Shown here: piece after piece, positions 51,259 through 64,000 of the stretch
Layout: the number at the start of each line of letters is the position of its first letter
How positions within the stretch are numbered: the stretch's first letter is position 1
NCBI RefSeq assembly: GCF_009914755.1
Contig: NC_060925.1
Origin: the human T2T-CHM13v2.0 reference genome, Homo sapiens
DNA: 64,000 nt
Reading direction: 5' to 3' (one strand)
Made by a program: the position numbers and the translations under genes
Notes under the pieces: model-generated
Database searches by the model: none
The model's input: only the letters and a program-made list of their open reading frames with translations
Told to the model about the DNA's origin: nothing

Positions 51259-51892
51259 TTAAAATATAGTAGACACATGAATAACACATTTTAAAACAGA
51301 ATTACCGTTACAATTCTGCATTTGAGTATATTATAGGTATCTAACAGATCTGAACTGTAACTGCCCTCTCAAAGACTCAGTGTTTTACTTTTTATTCATT
51401 TTAGCTGTAATGACATAAAAACGAGGTCAGAGCTTTAACGCAAGTGCTTATACAGAGAGGCTCCTTGAATGCATGTACAGTTACTGACTCAGCTCTTTAT
51501 AGCAGCTACTCACTTACTGGATTATGAAGAAATTTAATGCTGAAACTCATCTACTTATTTTCATAGTTTCCTGTTAGTGTAAAACAAATATGACTCCCTC
51601 ATACGAATATTTAAAGTGTTGTAGCAACCTGGAGTGACGGCAACACAAGAATTTTGTAGGATTCAACATTTCCCCAGCTTTTAATCTCTACTCAGGGAAT
51701 AACCCTCCAATTATAAGAGCTAATTAAAGAGTGGCATACTTTCTCACCCCCAAAGATCTCCTTCATATTTAACTATTCACTCTACCAAGTAGACACTCTG
51801 TTTTCTTTCCAGACTGGCTAGACATACTATGGTATCAAAAATACATATCTACCATACAGAAATACACTTTCTTTAATAGTTTACTTGGAGTC

Positions 51893-51940
51893 AAAAGCCA
51901 ATGAAATGTCAGTAAAAGCCAATGAAATGTCAGTAAAAGC
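51893..51940. repeat. Perfect 21-bp tandem duplication (AAAAGCCAATGAAATGTCAGT x2.3)
   Basis: Read directly from the sequence. Confidence 0.95.
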
Positions 51941-52494
51941 TGAGAACAATCAGACTAATCATGAGAAATCATGTTTAAATGAAACGGTCAACAAACTAAT
52001 GAGGCAGTAGTTTGACAAAAGAAGTTAAGCATTAATTAACCTTTTGAAGATGAAGGAAATGCTCTGAATTCAGAGTCTCATGCCCAGGGAGTTAATTTAT
52101 ATAAATAGGCTTTTATAAATCTTGCTTAATAATAATGTACACATTTTTAAAAGGTTGAATTAAAGATGCAGATTCTTCCATAGAATTTATCTTATCTTAT
52201 AGTTCCAGGGTTTGAACCATAAACCAACGAAAACCACAATTTACAGAACCTCAGACCTACTGAACTCAAATGATGATTTTATTTTTCTAATAAAATAGGG
52301 AACGTAACACATGTATTGTGTGTTCTGCAATATTCCTTTAAAAAGAGTGCCACAAGATGACAAATTTCATCATTCCTGAATATACAAGCTAAAAACATTG
52401 TTTTAAAACTCCTTAATGCTAACATTAATTATTTATATTTTAACTACTTAGGGCTCAGTTAAGCTCCCTTAACTATAAGTCATATCTCACTTAC

Positions 52495-52621
52495 CAAAAT
52501 CAATATCTAATAGTGCTGCATTTGCACCTTCTACCAAGATTTTCTTTGGTGGTCCATGTAGGGCCTCATATAGAAAATAAACTCCATCTCTCACCATTGG
52601 TTTAATCTTTTCCATATAACC
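52495..52621 (-). CDS. ADSS2: ADSS2 exon 8: [42 protein letters not shown](G)
   Basis: 127 nt, canonical splice sites; PurA EGAxxxxLDIDxG motif. Confidence 0.98.
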
Positions 52622-53027
52622 CTATACACAAAGACAAAAACCAATTTCCATGTATACTAATAAACGTTTAACATAACCAGAACAAGAATAAATTACCTGA
52701 CTTTATGACATGAAAACTGACAAACGCAAAGTAGAAAAGGGCTGGTGACGGTGCTCACTCTATTGTAACATTTGGATTAGCTTTCATGTCTCATGCTGAT
52801 TTTCCAGGAACAGAAAAGAGCATTAGCTCAACAAAAACTAGAGATACAGTGAAATTCAAAGGTTCTATATTAACCTCACTGCAAATAAAACCCTCCCAGC
52901 AAAGTAGTCATACTTCATAAACCAGCTTTCAGGAAAATAAAAATAAATGACTATATTACAATGTGCTTTTAAATTTTGTGAGGTATTTGAAAAGCTGCAT
53001 TTATAATATAATCCACAAAACCATAAA

Positions 53028-53310
53028 TTTTTTATTTTATTTCATTTTTTGAGACAGAGCCTTGCTCTGTCACCCAGGCTGAAGTACAGTGGTGGGAACA
53101 TGGCTCACTTGCAGCCTCGACCTCCCAGGCTCAAGCGATCCTCCCACCACAGCCTCCTGGGTAGCTGCACTACCACCATGACCACCTAAATTTTTTTCTT
53201 TTTCTTTTGGTGGAGGTGAGTTGCCCAGGTTGCCCAGGCTGTTCTCAAGTGATCCTCCCACCTCAGCCTCCAAAGTGCTGAATTACAGGTGTAAGCCACT
53301 GTGTTTGGCC
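53028..53310 (-). mobile_element. AluJ-like
   Basis: Alu consensus. Confidence 0.85.
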
Positions 53311-54001
53311 AACCATGAATTTTGAAACTTGCATCAGTGATTCTCAAAATGTGGTGAGGGCCACGAGTTACACTGCCAAGTATGCAACTATTAGTGATTG
53401 ATTACTGTTATTCTTTTAAATTTTATCCTATTACTGTAACATGTCTATCTCTACACTATTACTAGTAGATAATGTCCAATACTATGTAACACATGGGCAT
53501 TATAAAAATTTCTCAAAACATTTAATTGTTAGTATTACTGCTTAACTTCAGAACTCAATTAAAAATGTAAAATAACCAAGAGCTTCCCCTAAGGCCTATA
53601 GCATAACTGCATGAAACCTAGGTTCAACTATGTTTAAATATGTAGACTATTATGGAAATTCCAGAATCTACTCATGAACCCACCTGAGTGTGTTAATACC
53701 CACTGATAAATGTATGATCACTCATGGGCTATAGTCTTCAATTTCTGACTGATTCCTGTTTTAGTCCTATTTTTATGCCTGAAATGACCACACTAGTCAT
53801 CACGTTCTTTGTTCCTTAAAATTCTGGTTCAACATACATTACCTATAAGAATCTTCTTACCTAATTCTATTTATTATTCTTCACCTACTTTACATTCACA
53901 TGGAACACATATAAAATGGAATTGAAAAGCCATACTCATAGTTTGGCAAGTAAATACTTCCAAGTTGCTAGTCAAAAAGTTAAAATATTTGTTGCATAAC
54001 A

Positions 54002-54300
54002 GACTGGGTATGGTAGCTCATGCCTGTAACCCCAGCACTTTGGGAGGCCAAGGCAGGCAGACTGCTTTAGCTCAGGCGTTCAAGACCAGCCTGGGCAACA
54101 TGGTGAAAACCCATCTCTACCAAAAAAAAACCTAGCAGGGTGTGGTGGTGTGCCCATAGTCCCAGCTACTCGGGAGGCTGAGGAGGGAGGATCCCTTGAG
54201 CCTAGGAAGTCAAGGCTGCAGTGAGCTGTGTTCATGCCACTGTACTCCAGCCTGAGTGACAAAGCGAGACCCTGTCTCAAAAAATAAAATAAAATAAAAT
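54002..54300 (+). mobile_element. AluJ-like
   Basis: Alu consensus. Confidence 0.85.
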
Positions 54301-55139
54301 ATTTATTGCATAGCTGAATAAAAAGAAAATGGCAGTCTATTCTACACAATAATCAGTGCACTGAAATACAAATACCTAACATTTAGAATGTTCTTTGTAG
54401 GTCATATTTTTTTAGAACTTAGTGGATGGGCAGACCTAAGGTCTGCATTTATTCTAGAATGGCATATGAGGTTTGTAGATTCCTACTTAGTTCTGGAACT
54501 GATATTGATACTTATCTATAGATGAGAAGAAGTAATAATCAGATTCACAGGAAACAGTTTGAAGTTCATCAAAAATCGTAAAAGGTGAAAGAATGAAGAG
54601 GACAGGAATTTCAACTACTGGCCAATGTAAGCACCACTGACACCTACTAGTTGCCAAGAAAAGACTAATCTTTGGTCAATTACCTTATTTGTCTCTTAAG
54701 AGTGCAGTGCTAAAGAATCTGGCCCTATGGGGTTATCCTTCCTAAATGGGTTGGTTAGCCTCAAAAGTTCTCACTCAGCCTTTGCTGATCTGTCCTCCAA
54801 TTGTTAGAAGTGATTTTTATATGATGCAAATCTAGTCTCCTTTCTGTTCAAAATTTCCTAGTAGCTTTTCATTATCTCCAGGGTAAGATCTAAACTCCCT
54901 GTCACTGCACATGAGACATATGATCTGGACTCTGTCTCCTTTACTTCAGGTACTCCTCCTGCTCCCTACTCAATATTTTGTCTAAGCCATATCATGTAAA
55001 GTCACTCAAACATACCATGTCCAAGACAAACAATTTCCTTTGCCAGTTCTTACCCAAAGCCTGCATGAATGAAAAGATCTAGATGCCAATTTGGCAAACA
55101 AGTATTAAAAAGAACATTAAAGATGCCAGAAAGCATTAC

Positions 55140-55221
55140 CTTGAGTTTTTGTAATTCACCTTCAATGTCTATTTCCAAAGTGGGGTATATAGATTTGTAT
55201 TGGTTAGCTAGAACTTTAAAC
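55140..55221 (-). CDS. ADSS2: ADSS2 exon 7: [27 protein letters not shown]
   Basis: 82 nt, canonical splice sites; within ORF 55050..55232. Confidence 0.97.
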
Positions 55222-56257
55222 CTGAGAAACACAGATAAATCAAGACATTACCACTCTGTGAAAAATATTTCAAATAATATCATTTCATTCAAATGGTTTC
55301 TGCAGATGGTAAATGATCTTAACAGCAAATTAATCCTGAAACTGAAGTCACCTTCTGAGAAATAAAATTTAATAAAGGAGATCAGCCATATGAATAAGTA
55401 AGACATTCAAATTATTTTTTTACTCAAGTTTAGGCATAGCAACAATATAATTAAGGTGATATGTGTGTAGGGAGGGAAGAGAAATGGAATGACTAAAATC
55501 TGTAAACACAAAAGACTTAAATCTGAATTAACTGTATTATACTGTACAACAACAAAAGGGGGCAGTTTACATGATACTTCTAAAAGAGAGAGAGGCAGAC
55601 ATTAGCAATCTAATATTCTTCAGTAAAGGTGCACTGCCAGTGCAGACAAATGTTGAGTGGTTGATCGAAAGGGGATACAATGTCATTATAGCTTTGATGC
55701 CACTTGTTATTATACACAACCAACTCCCTATCATTGAGTCACTGAGTAGCTTTTTGATGACTACTAGGTTTCCCAAGGAGATCTGGCTACAGAAAGCATG
55801 TGTTAACGTAGCATCTGTTGATTTCAAGTTGAGCTTGGTATACAATAATTCACCAGTATCTGAGAGCTAATGATTTCTGGGTGGGAGGACATAAGGAGTC
55901 TCTAGGCCTGAAAATGCAAGGATCAAGACCTTAGAATGTAACCACCCAAGGACAGCCACAGCCCCTGGAATCATTCTATTTCTCAGGAATCCATTCCATA
56001 TTTCAATTCTTAAATATAACTCTGGCTTTGTCTTCTTAGGACATTCTATTAAATCACCGTCATGTTATATTTCATGAAGTTAATCTGTAACCAAGGATGA
56101 ATTAGAATGTAATAAAAATAACTTTAATATTTCAAACCTAAAAAAGCCAACCACCACTATTTAACTAGAATACCGACTGTATCATTTTGCACCCTAGATT
56201 TTAAAAAAAATCAAAAAATGCATTCATTCCTTCCATTTTGAAACACAAGTTAGTTAC

Positions 56258-56365
56258 CTCTCAGAGAAGCCATCAAAGTCAGAAACAAGGTCGCACATCC
56301 TGAGTCCACTCCGAGCAGCTTTGGACGAATAAACTGGGCCAATGCCCTTTTTTGTTGTACCCAAA
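56258..56365 (-). CDS. ADSS2: ADSS2 exon 6: [35 protein letters not shown](R)
   Basis: 108 nt, canonical splice sites; contains the PurA signature GTTxxGIGPxYxxK. Confidence 0.98.
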
Positions 56366-56625
56366 CTTAAAAACAAATCCAAACAAGCTTTAAGTCAGAC
56401 AAGAAAGATGTAGGTCTCCTGGTCAGATCATTGCAGTGAATAAAGTTACATATGACTATTTTCTGTTTATGTTATTTCTTGCTAAGTATATGTTCATAAT
56501 CCTACTGATTTTCTCTAAAACAGGATATTCTAATACTTATTTTTCTTAAACTTCTGGTCTAGAACTAAAATATAAAGGTCTGCATATGCTTAAACTGTAC
56601 CAAAAAAACAAAAACCCACACATAC

Positions 56626-56692
56626 TTTTTTCCTGCTTGTTCTTGTCTCTGTTGTTCCTGGATACCATCAGCTGCTTGATGAAAATCAAATA
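56626..56692 (-). CDS. ADSS2: Adenylosuccinate synthetase 2, exon 5: (V)[21 protein letters not shown](N)
   Basis: AG/GT boundaries on the - strand, 67 nt, in frame with the next exon; exons 1-4 not found in the window. Confidence 0.96.
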
Positions 56693-59539
56693 CTGAGGGG
56701 AAATAAAACCACAGTTGTTGAAACAAAGATAATACACAAAAGCAAAATCCACCGCATTTCAAATTACTGAAGTTATAAATCCCTTCAGCCTCATTTCAGT
56801 ATAATAAATTAAACACATTTTTAGAAGTGATGATAGAAGTTTATAACACCAACTAGTACATTAATATGAAAATGTCTGATCTTTCGTTCTTATTTATTGC
56901 AGTCTATACTATTTTAAAAAATAAGTCATTAAGAGGGTAATTTTGAAACATCTTGCCCTAAAATTTAACAAAGGTCAATTTACAAAAATACTCTTTTTTC
57001 TTCAAGTTCTGGACTCCAAGAATCTAGGGCTCATGTTGACACCTCCCTTTTCCTCACTAGTCTCGAGCTTCCATCACCTCTCACCAAAACTGCAGTCTCC
57101 TAATGTGTGTACCTCTTTCCATTCTTAGACATCTCTAATCCAAATGCTGTCATGCAGCCAAAGCCATCTTTCCAAGACACAAATATGGCATTCACACCTC
57201 CCCTGCCCTTAAAACTCCATGGCTTTCCACTGCTCTAAAAAAAGAGACAAAATTCAGTCTACACTTTCATCTTATACCATGCTCTGCCACCCTCACTGCC
57301 CTCTGGTCACACTGGCATTCTTTGCAGCCCTCAGCTACAAGGCATGTACTTCTGCATGAAATATTGCCTCTTTCTACACCTACACATAACTTGTACTCCC
57401 TCTCTCCCCTGCCAATGCTCTGAGAGTATTAGGATCATGTCAGTTCAGCCTACTAGTTGATTTCCGGTGCAAACATGTCCTCAAATATTTACTGACTCAA
57501 TAAATAGATGGTTTATAGAAGAGGCAAAACTAGAATTTTGGTCTCTGAACTTCTAACCAAGGCTTCTTGTTTTCTGTTTTGTTTTTAAACAGCTTTATGG
57601 GAATATAATTTATACACCACAAAATTCATCCATTTAAGATGTACAATTTACTGATTTTTAGCATATTTAACCATAGCTTCTTTTTGCTAATGATGTCACT
57701 GTTTCCAAATAATTAAGTTGAAATGTGTAGATGTTTAACAGAAAGACTGATATAAGGTTCTTGGGATTAGTGGTAGCATCTGTAAAAGAACTATTTAGAA
57801 CTATTAGAAGACTGATACTGAAGTTATAGATGGTGAAGCTAGAAAAGTCTGATAACCCAATCTAAACCCATCCTCTGATTAACCCTGCCCCTAAAACCAT
57901 GTATGTACTCTTCTCTAATTCCCTCCTTTTGAGACACTACTAAAACTATCAAGGCAGTCCTCCCCCTGTGTTTGGCAAGGTTAACAATCATATCTTTTTA
58001 TGATCAAAGGTTTCCCTGGTGTGTTAGTAGAAAAGTTTTGATGCTGTACATACTAATTAGTTATATTTCAGAAGCTAAATATGTGTGATTTAAAAATATC
58101 TAGTAAGCAGTATCTGTCTTAGTGCCACACAGTTAGATAAAAGTAACATCTTTAAAGCCATATCAGTATACTGCACACCAAAAGATATCTATCTACAAGA
58201 ATGCTCAGGGTAATAGTATTTGTAATATCCCAATATTGGAAACAACTCAAATTTTCATCAATGGTAGAATGAATGGATTTTTAAAAGTGTGAAATGGTCA
58301 TATAAGGGGATACTATATAGCAATGAAAAAGAATAAATACTCTTTATGTAAACAATAATTCTGAGCTATAAGGGTTAGTTTATCATCATGTTCCCATTTT
58401 ATTGCCCAAGCAATAGTCTTTCTCAGTTACTTGAGAGGCCAGAATAGTTCTGAAGGGCTGTTTTAAACCCTGATTTTGCAAATCAGTCATGACAAGACTG
58501 AGATCTTAGAGTACGCCATTCTCATTTCTTTTGAATAAAAAGACATTTGAATGTAAATGTTTTGTTTTCTATGCTCAAAGAAAGTAAAAAAGCAACTGAC
58601 AACACACAAATAAATGGTTGATGGAAAGCAGGTGAACCATATTTTTCAGAAATTAATTTAGTACCTTGTCATAGAACTAATGCTTTCCTTGGTTTTTCTA
58701 GGCCCCAGGAAGCAATTACTGTAATCAGAATAATTACTTTCATAAGACTTCACCATGGCATGGAGCATTAATGCCTCCACTATTACTGTTTTGAAAGAAC
58801 AGCCTTGGAATATCTGTTTCACTTTCTACAGCCTAGATACTGCAAACAAAAAAAACCATCATAACTGTGCACCTTTAGCTAAGTTTATTAACAGCATTTT
58901 TAAATTTTTAATTTACTATTATAGTTAAGTTTTATTAATATGATTAATGTTATACTATGCTTGGTGTGAGACTTGGTACATGTAATAGCCACTTTGCTTG
59001 CTTTCTCACATCTCCCTGAGGTCTTTACTCAACTGTCACTTTTCAGTGAAACCTCCCTGGCCACATTATATACAATTGTAGGCCCCTACCTCCTCCTCCA
59101 AACTGCCTGCCATTGCCTAGCTCCTTTCTCTGAGTTACTATTTCTCCTCAGAACTGAGCACTATATGCCATGCTACATCGATTACATATTTCTATTGATA
59201 TGATTTGTTTTCACTAATACATGATATGCTCCATTAAGGGATGCTTTTGGTTTTTTCTACTGCTGAATCCTTAGTGCTCAGCACCATACCTGACACAGTA
59301 GGCATTTAATACATAGATATTAAATAAAAGAACAGCCACCTAACAAATCTGGATTTCATATTTAAATTTTAAGTGTCTCAACCACTTCTCAGGCCATTTT
59401 CCCTGAAAAAGCATCTCTTATAGTACAAACTGAATTATGAGATTCAGTGAACAGGGCAAAAGGTTAATGCAATAGGTCCTTGCATTAGTATACTAATGTA
59501 AAGAACTGGCCAGCAACTTAATAATTTTTAAGTTTCCTT

Positions 59540-61380
59540 AAAAAAATCAACTGTTTAAACCTTCTAAGTGAAATATTTGAAGGTAACTCAAGTAACGTAA
59601 AAGATGCATATTACAGCCCCTAGAGCAACTACCAAAATTCATAAATTCATAAAACAAGAGGTATAGCTAGTAAGTTAACAGTGGAGATAATATTAAAAAT
59701 GTTCAATCGAAAAGAAAGCAGGAAAAGAACAAATAAAAAGAAAACGAAGGGCAGACATAAATCCAACCATAGTGATAATTAACTATAGTAAAAGTAACTA
59801 GTCTAAACATTCCAATTAAAGGATGAAATTGTCACAATGAATAAAATGCAAGACCCACCTACATTTTGTCTATAAGAAATACATTATAAATCTAAAGACA
59901 CAGATACACTAAGGATTATTAGAGGATGGAAAGCGATACACCATGCAAACAGTAATCTTAAGGCAACTCTAGTGGCTATATTAATATCAAAGTAGATATC
60001 AGAATAAGGAATATTACCATAAAAAGGATATTGTGGTATTAACAATCATAGCTTATTAGATACTTTTAAATCACATAATACAAATTTAGCTTCTGAAGTG
60101 TAACTAATTAGTATATACAGCATCAAAACTTTCCTACTAACAGTACCAGGGAAACCTGTTGATCATAAAAAGCTATGGTTGTTAATACCAAAGAGGATAT
60201 TTCATAATGAGGAAAGGTTCAATGCATCAAAATCAGAATTGTAAACATACATGTACCTAACAGAGCTTCAATGTGCATGAAGCAAAAACTGACTGACTTG
60301 AAAAGAGAAACAGACAAATCCACAATTACTGTTGGAGGTTCAGCACTCCTCCGAGTAACTGATAGAATACACACATAGAAAATCAGTTGGGATATAGGAT
60401 TTGAACAACACTATCAAACAATTTGATTTAATTGGCATTTAAAGAACACTCTACTCAACAAGAGCAGAGCACATATTCTTTCTAAGTGCATGAAGACATT
60501 ATCCAAAACAGACCACATCCTGAGCCATAAAAGAAGTCTCAACAAAGATTAGGATCATACATATTCTCTGTTCACAATAAAATTAAATTATAAATAATAG
60601 AGAGAAATCATGAAAATCTTCCAATATTTGGAAACATGAACATCATACTCAACTTATAAGTTAAAATAGAAATTATGTTATTTTGAACTGAATGGAAATG
60701 ATTGTAAAAATAATATTTGCGGAATATCGCTAACATAATTACATGTGTTAGAGGAACACATGTAATTTTAAATGCTTACATTAGAAAAGAAAGAGGAAGC
60801 AAAGAAGGAAGGAAGGAAGGAAGGGAGGGAGAGAGAGAGGGAGGGAGGGAGGTCAGTTGGTTGAGAGTTCATGATCCAAGCTTCTAAAGGAACTACAAAA
60901 ACGAGCAAATTTAAACCAAAGAAAGTAGAAAGAAGAGAAAGAGCTGAACCCAGTGAAACAGAAAATAGAGAAAATGGTTATTTTTTGGGGAAAAAAAAAT
61001 CAAAAACCCACAAAATCAATAAAATGGATACCAGGAATAAAAGAGGGACATTACTGAAGACTAAAAAAGTTACCAATAATTTCATAAGTTAGATGAACAC
61101 ATTTCTTTAGAAAACATAAATATCTAAAACTGACACAAGAAACAGAAAAATCTGAATATCCCGATATCTATTAAAGAAATAAAATTCATAACATTCATGG
61201 AATTCATAAAAACTTCCTCACAAAGATTTTCTATAAAACATTTAAAGAAGAAATATTACCAACCTCACACATAACTTTCAGAAAAATAGAAGGCACTAAA
61301 ACTGAAACAGACAACAAAACTAAAGAAAACTACAGAGCAGTATTTGTCAGGATAAAAAACAGTACATCTTGACCAAGTAC
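59540..61380 (+). mobile_element. Old L1M ORF2 5' region in ADSS2 intron 4
   Basis: Decayed L1 EN/linker sequence (e.g. gacccacctacattttgtctataagaaat; acagacaaatccacaattactgttggag). Confidence 0.75.
60051..60185. repeat. Inverted local duplicate of 57981-58108
   Basis: Manual alignment: about 10 substitutions and 3 indels over ~130 bp. Confidence 0.9.
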
Positions 61381-61914
61381 AGCACTTAAATTAGCTGTTG
61401 GGTGTATACATATATGAATAAAATAAATAAAATTCTTTCCTTTGTGGACACAACCTGTGTAAGGTGTTTTACTGATTGGGGAACTAATGACCGGAAAGGA
61501 AATCACTTGCCAGAGGATCCATAATCAAGATTTCGATCCAGATCCCTCCATTTCAAAGCCTATAGTTTTTTCCATTGTACTACGCTCCATATCACCCAGC
61601 ACACTTTTATACAGAATCTCATATTATGGAAAATTTTTTAAATCCTTGGAAATAAATGAACATTCTGAAGCATCTATATGCCAGATCCTGTATTCAGTTC
61701 TGAAATGAGAATTCTAATGCCTTAAATTACAATGGAGCTTACAGAACTGTCCGTTCAGTGCCATGGTGACAGCGGGAGTCTCTAAAGCAAAGATCGAAGT
61801 GGTTTCACAGCAACGATTCTCAGACAATTTTCCAATTAGTTATTTGATTTTTTAATGATACTATTTATTCCTTTTCACTATTATAGAATTGACTATACTA
61901 AAATACATGTTTCT

Positions 61915-62261
<347 letters not shown>

Positions 62262-63143
62262 TTACAGGCTTTTAGTGATATATGTTTTAAAGCATAACAC
62301 ACCCATTATGACACATATGACCACTAACACCTACATTTCAGTCTGCGCTTATCTTCTACAGGCTCAGTCCTCTGTCAGAAATACTTTCCTTTAAGGTCAT
62401 ACACTTATGGGAAAAAATAATTAAAGAAATATAACTATAAATAAAATAATAATATTCATTTACATTTATTATGGTTAAACCACATTACTTTCCTTTTACT
62501 CTAGGCCTTTTGACCCCTTCCCATTACTACTTTGTTGTTTTGTTTTGGTGGTCTAAAGTAATTAAGTAACTTGCTTAACCTCTATGTTGTACCAAGGATG
62601 GAACTGTTAAGTGACAGACCCAAAGCAATTGCAATGAAGAAGGAAGATGGAGAATCCAGACAGGAACAGGGATATGTCTCTTAACACTAACCTCTTTCCA
62701 ACAGGCTGATATCATCAGCGTATATTTATATCTGCACATAGCCCAATTATCTGATTATATACACTGATGCTATACGTTATTCAAACGGCAGGTGTTAGGG
62801 ATTATTCTGTTTTGCAATCCTAAATTGCGGTATGCTGATTAAGATACTGAATTTCACAGAGCAGACAACATAACAAAAAGCCATTGGAAAGTTCTGAAGA
62901 TAAGCAGTGGTTTTCATTATCTAATGCAGCGCCTTGCTTTATCCACAACAGGAACAATGGATACCAAAAAGCTACACATAAAATCATGAAGGTAAAAGAA
63001 GATAAAGATGACTATTGGTAACAGAATAAATAAAGCTAATGAGTAGTAAGTGTAAGCAAACAAAAATGCTACAAAAGTACTTCACAAAAACATATTTTTC
63101 CTTATATAACTAGGAGACTGCCAGTAAGAAAGAATATTAGTTG

Positions 63144-63436
<293 letters not shown>

Positions 63437-64000
63437 TTAGTAATACTCTATTGCTTCCTATATTATAGCACAATAGTGATACATAAGTTTAAAATTCAAG
63501 TTCTAAGATAAGCTAACAAACAAAATATAAATATTTTTAAAATCAGAAGCTTAAAATAGGCAACAAAAATGACAACCTCCTTCTTCTGAAAACCAAAACA
63601 AAACCCTTTTGTCCTTATCCAAATTGCATGTTATCATTTGGGACTGCAAAGCTTCTTTGTTTCCTTTGTTTTTTGTCTTGGTTATGCATCTATGCCATTA
63701 ATAATTCTGGAAATAAGGTGTCTTTTAAATAAAAGTTTTACTGATAATATTTTCATAGTTTAAGTATAATCAGGTGAAATATAAACTACTCACAAGCTTA
63801 CTTTATGTTAAATACAGAAGTATTCCACATTTTATCCACTTACACTAACAAACAGCTATCAAAGTCTTTGTTTTCAAGGATAACCAGTCTACTAATAGAC
63901 AACATACAGGACAACAAATATTAACATAAAACTGTTTTTCAGTAAAAACAAAAAATTGTTCTTTTCAGACTTTACAGATTAAGAAGCCTGTGGCAAACAA

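Noticed and set aside
55567-55870. Overlapping antisense ORF pair in ADSS2 intron 6
   Set aside because: No recognisable homology or exon structure; lengths are within chance expectation.
60034-60190. Novel MITE (25-bp TIRs plus flanking direct repeat)
   Set aside because: The interior is a copy of local sequence 57981-58108, so a templated insertion explains it better.

Overview
Human (primate) genomic DNA; the gene pair points to the SPMIP3/C1orf100-ADSS2 region of 1q44 (locus assignment from recall of the proteins, not a search). The + strand carries the last three coding exons of SPMIP3 (7758-7853, 10852-11024, 21324-21442). The - strand carries the nine 3'-most coding exons (5-13) and 3'UTR of ADSS2 (56692 down to ~40815). 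The two genes are convergent. The ~19 kb between them is almost all repeat: a decayed ERV-L/MLT2 provirus (22217-31575), old L1 and a Tigger7/MER44 element. About 40 Alus, a MER51-like solo LTR, a MADE1 and an LTR16 provirus lie elsewhere. I see no new multi-gene system. The most unusual features are structural. (i) A TGIF2 processed pseudogene and a second, 3'UTR-only retrocopy sit ~340 bp apart in opposite orientations in the same ERV-L pol segment, each with its own TSD and TTCT|AA L1-endonuclease site, possibly from one mRNA. (ii) Two short locally templated inverted insertions (30860-30960 copied from 32284-32382; 60051-60185 copied from 57981-58108), the second with a fold-back end. Repeat boundaries and subfamily names are by eye and approximate.
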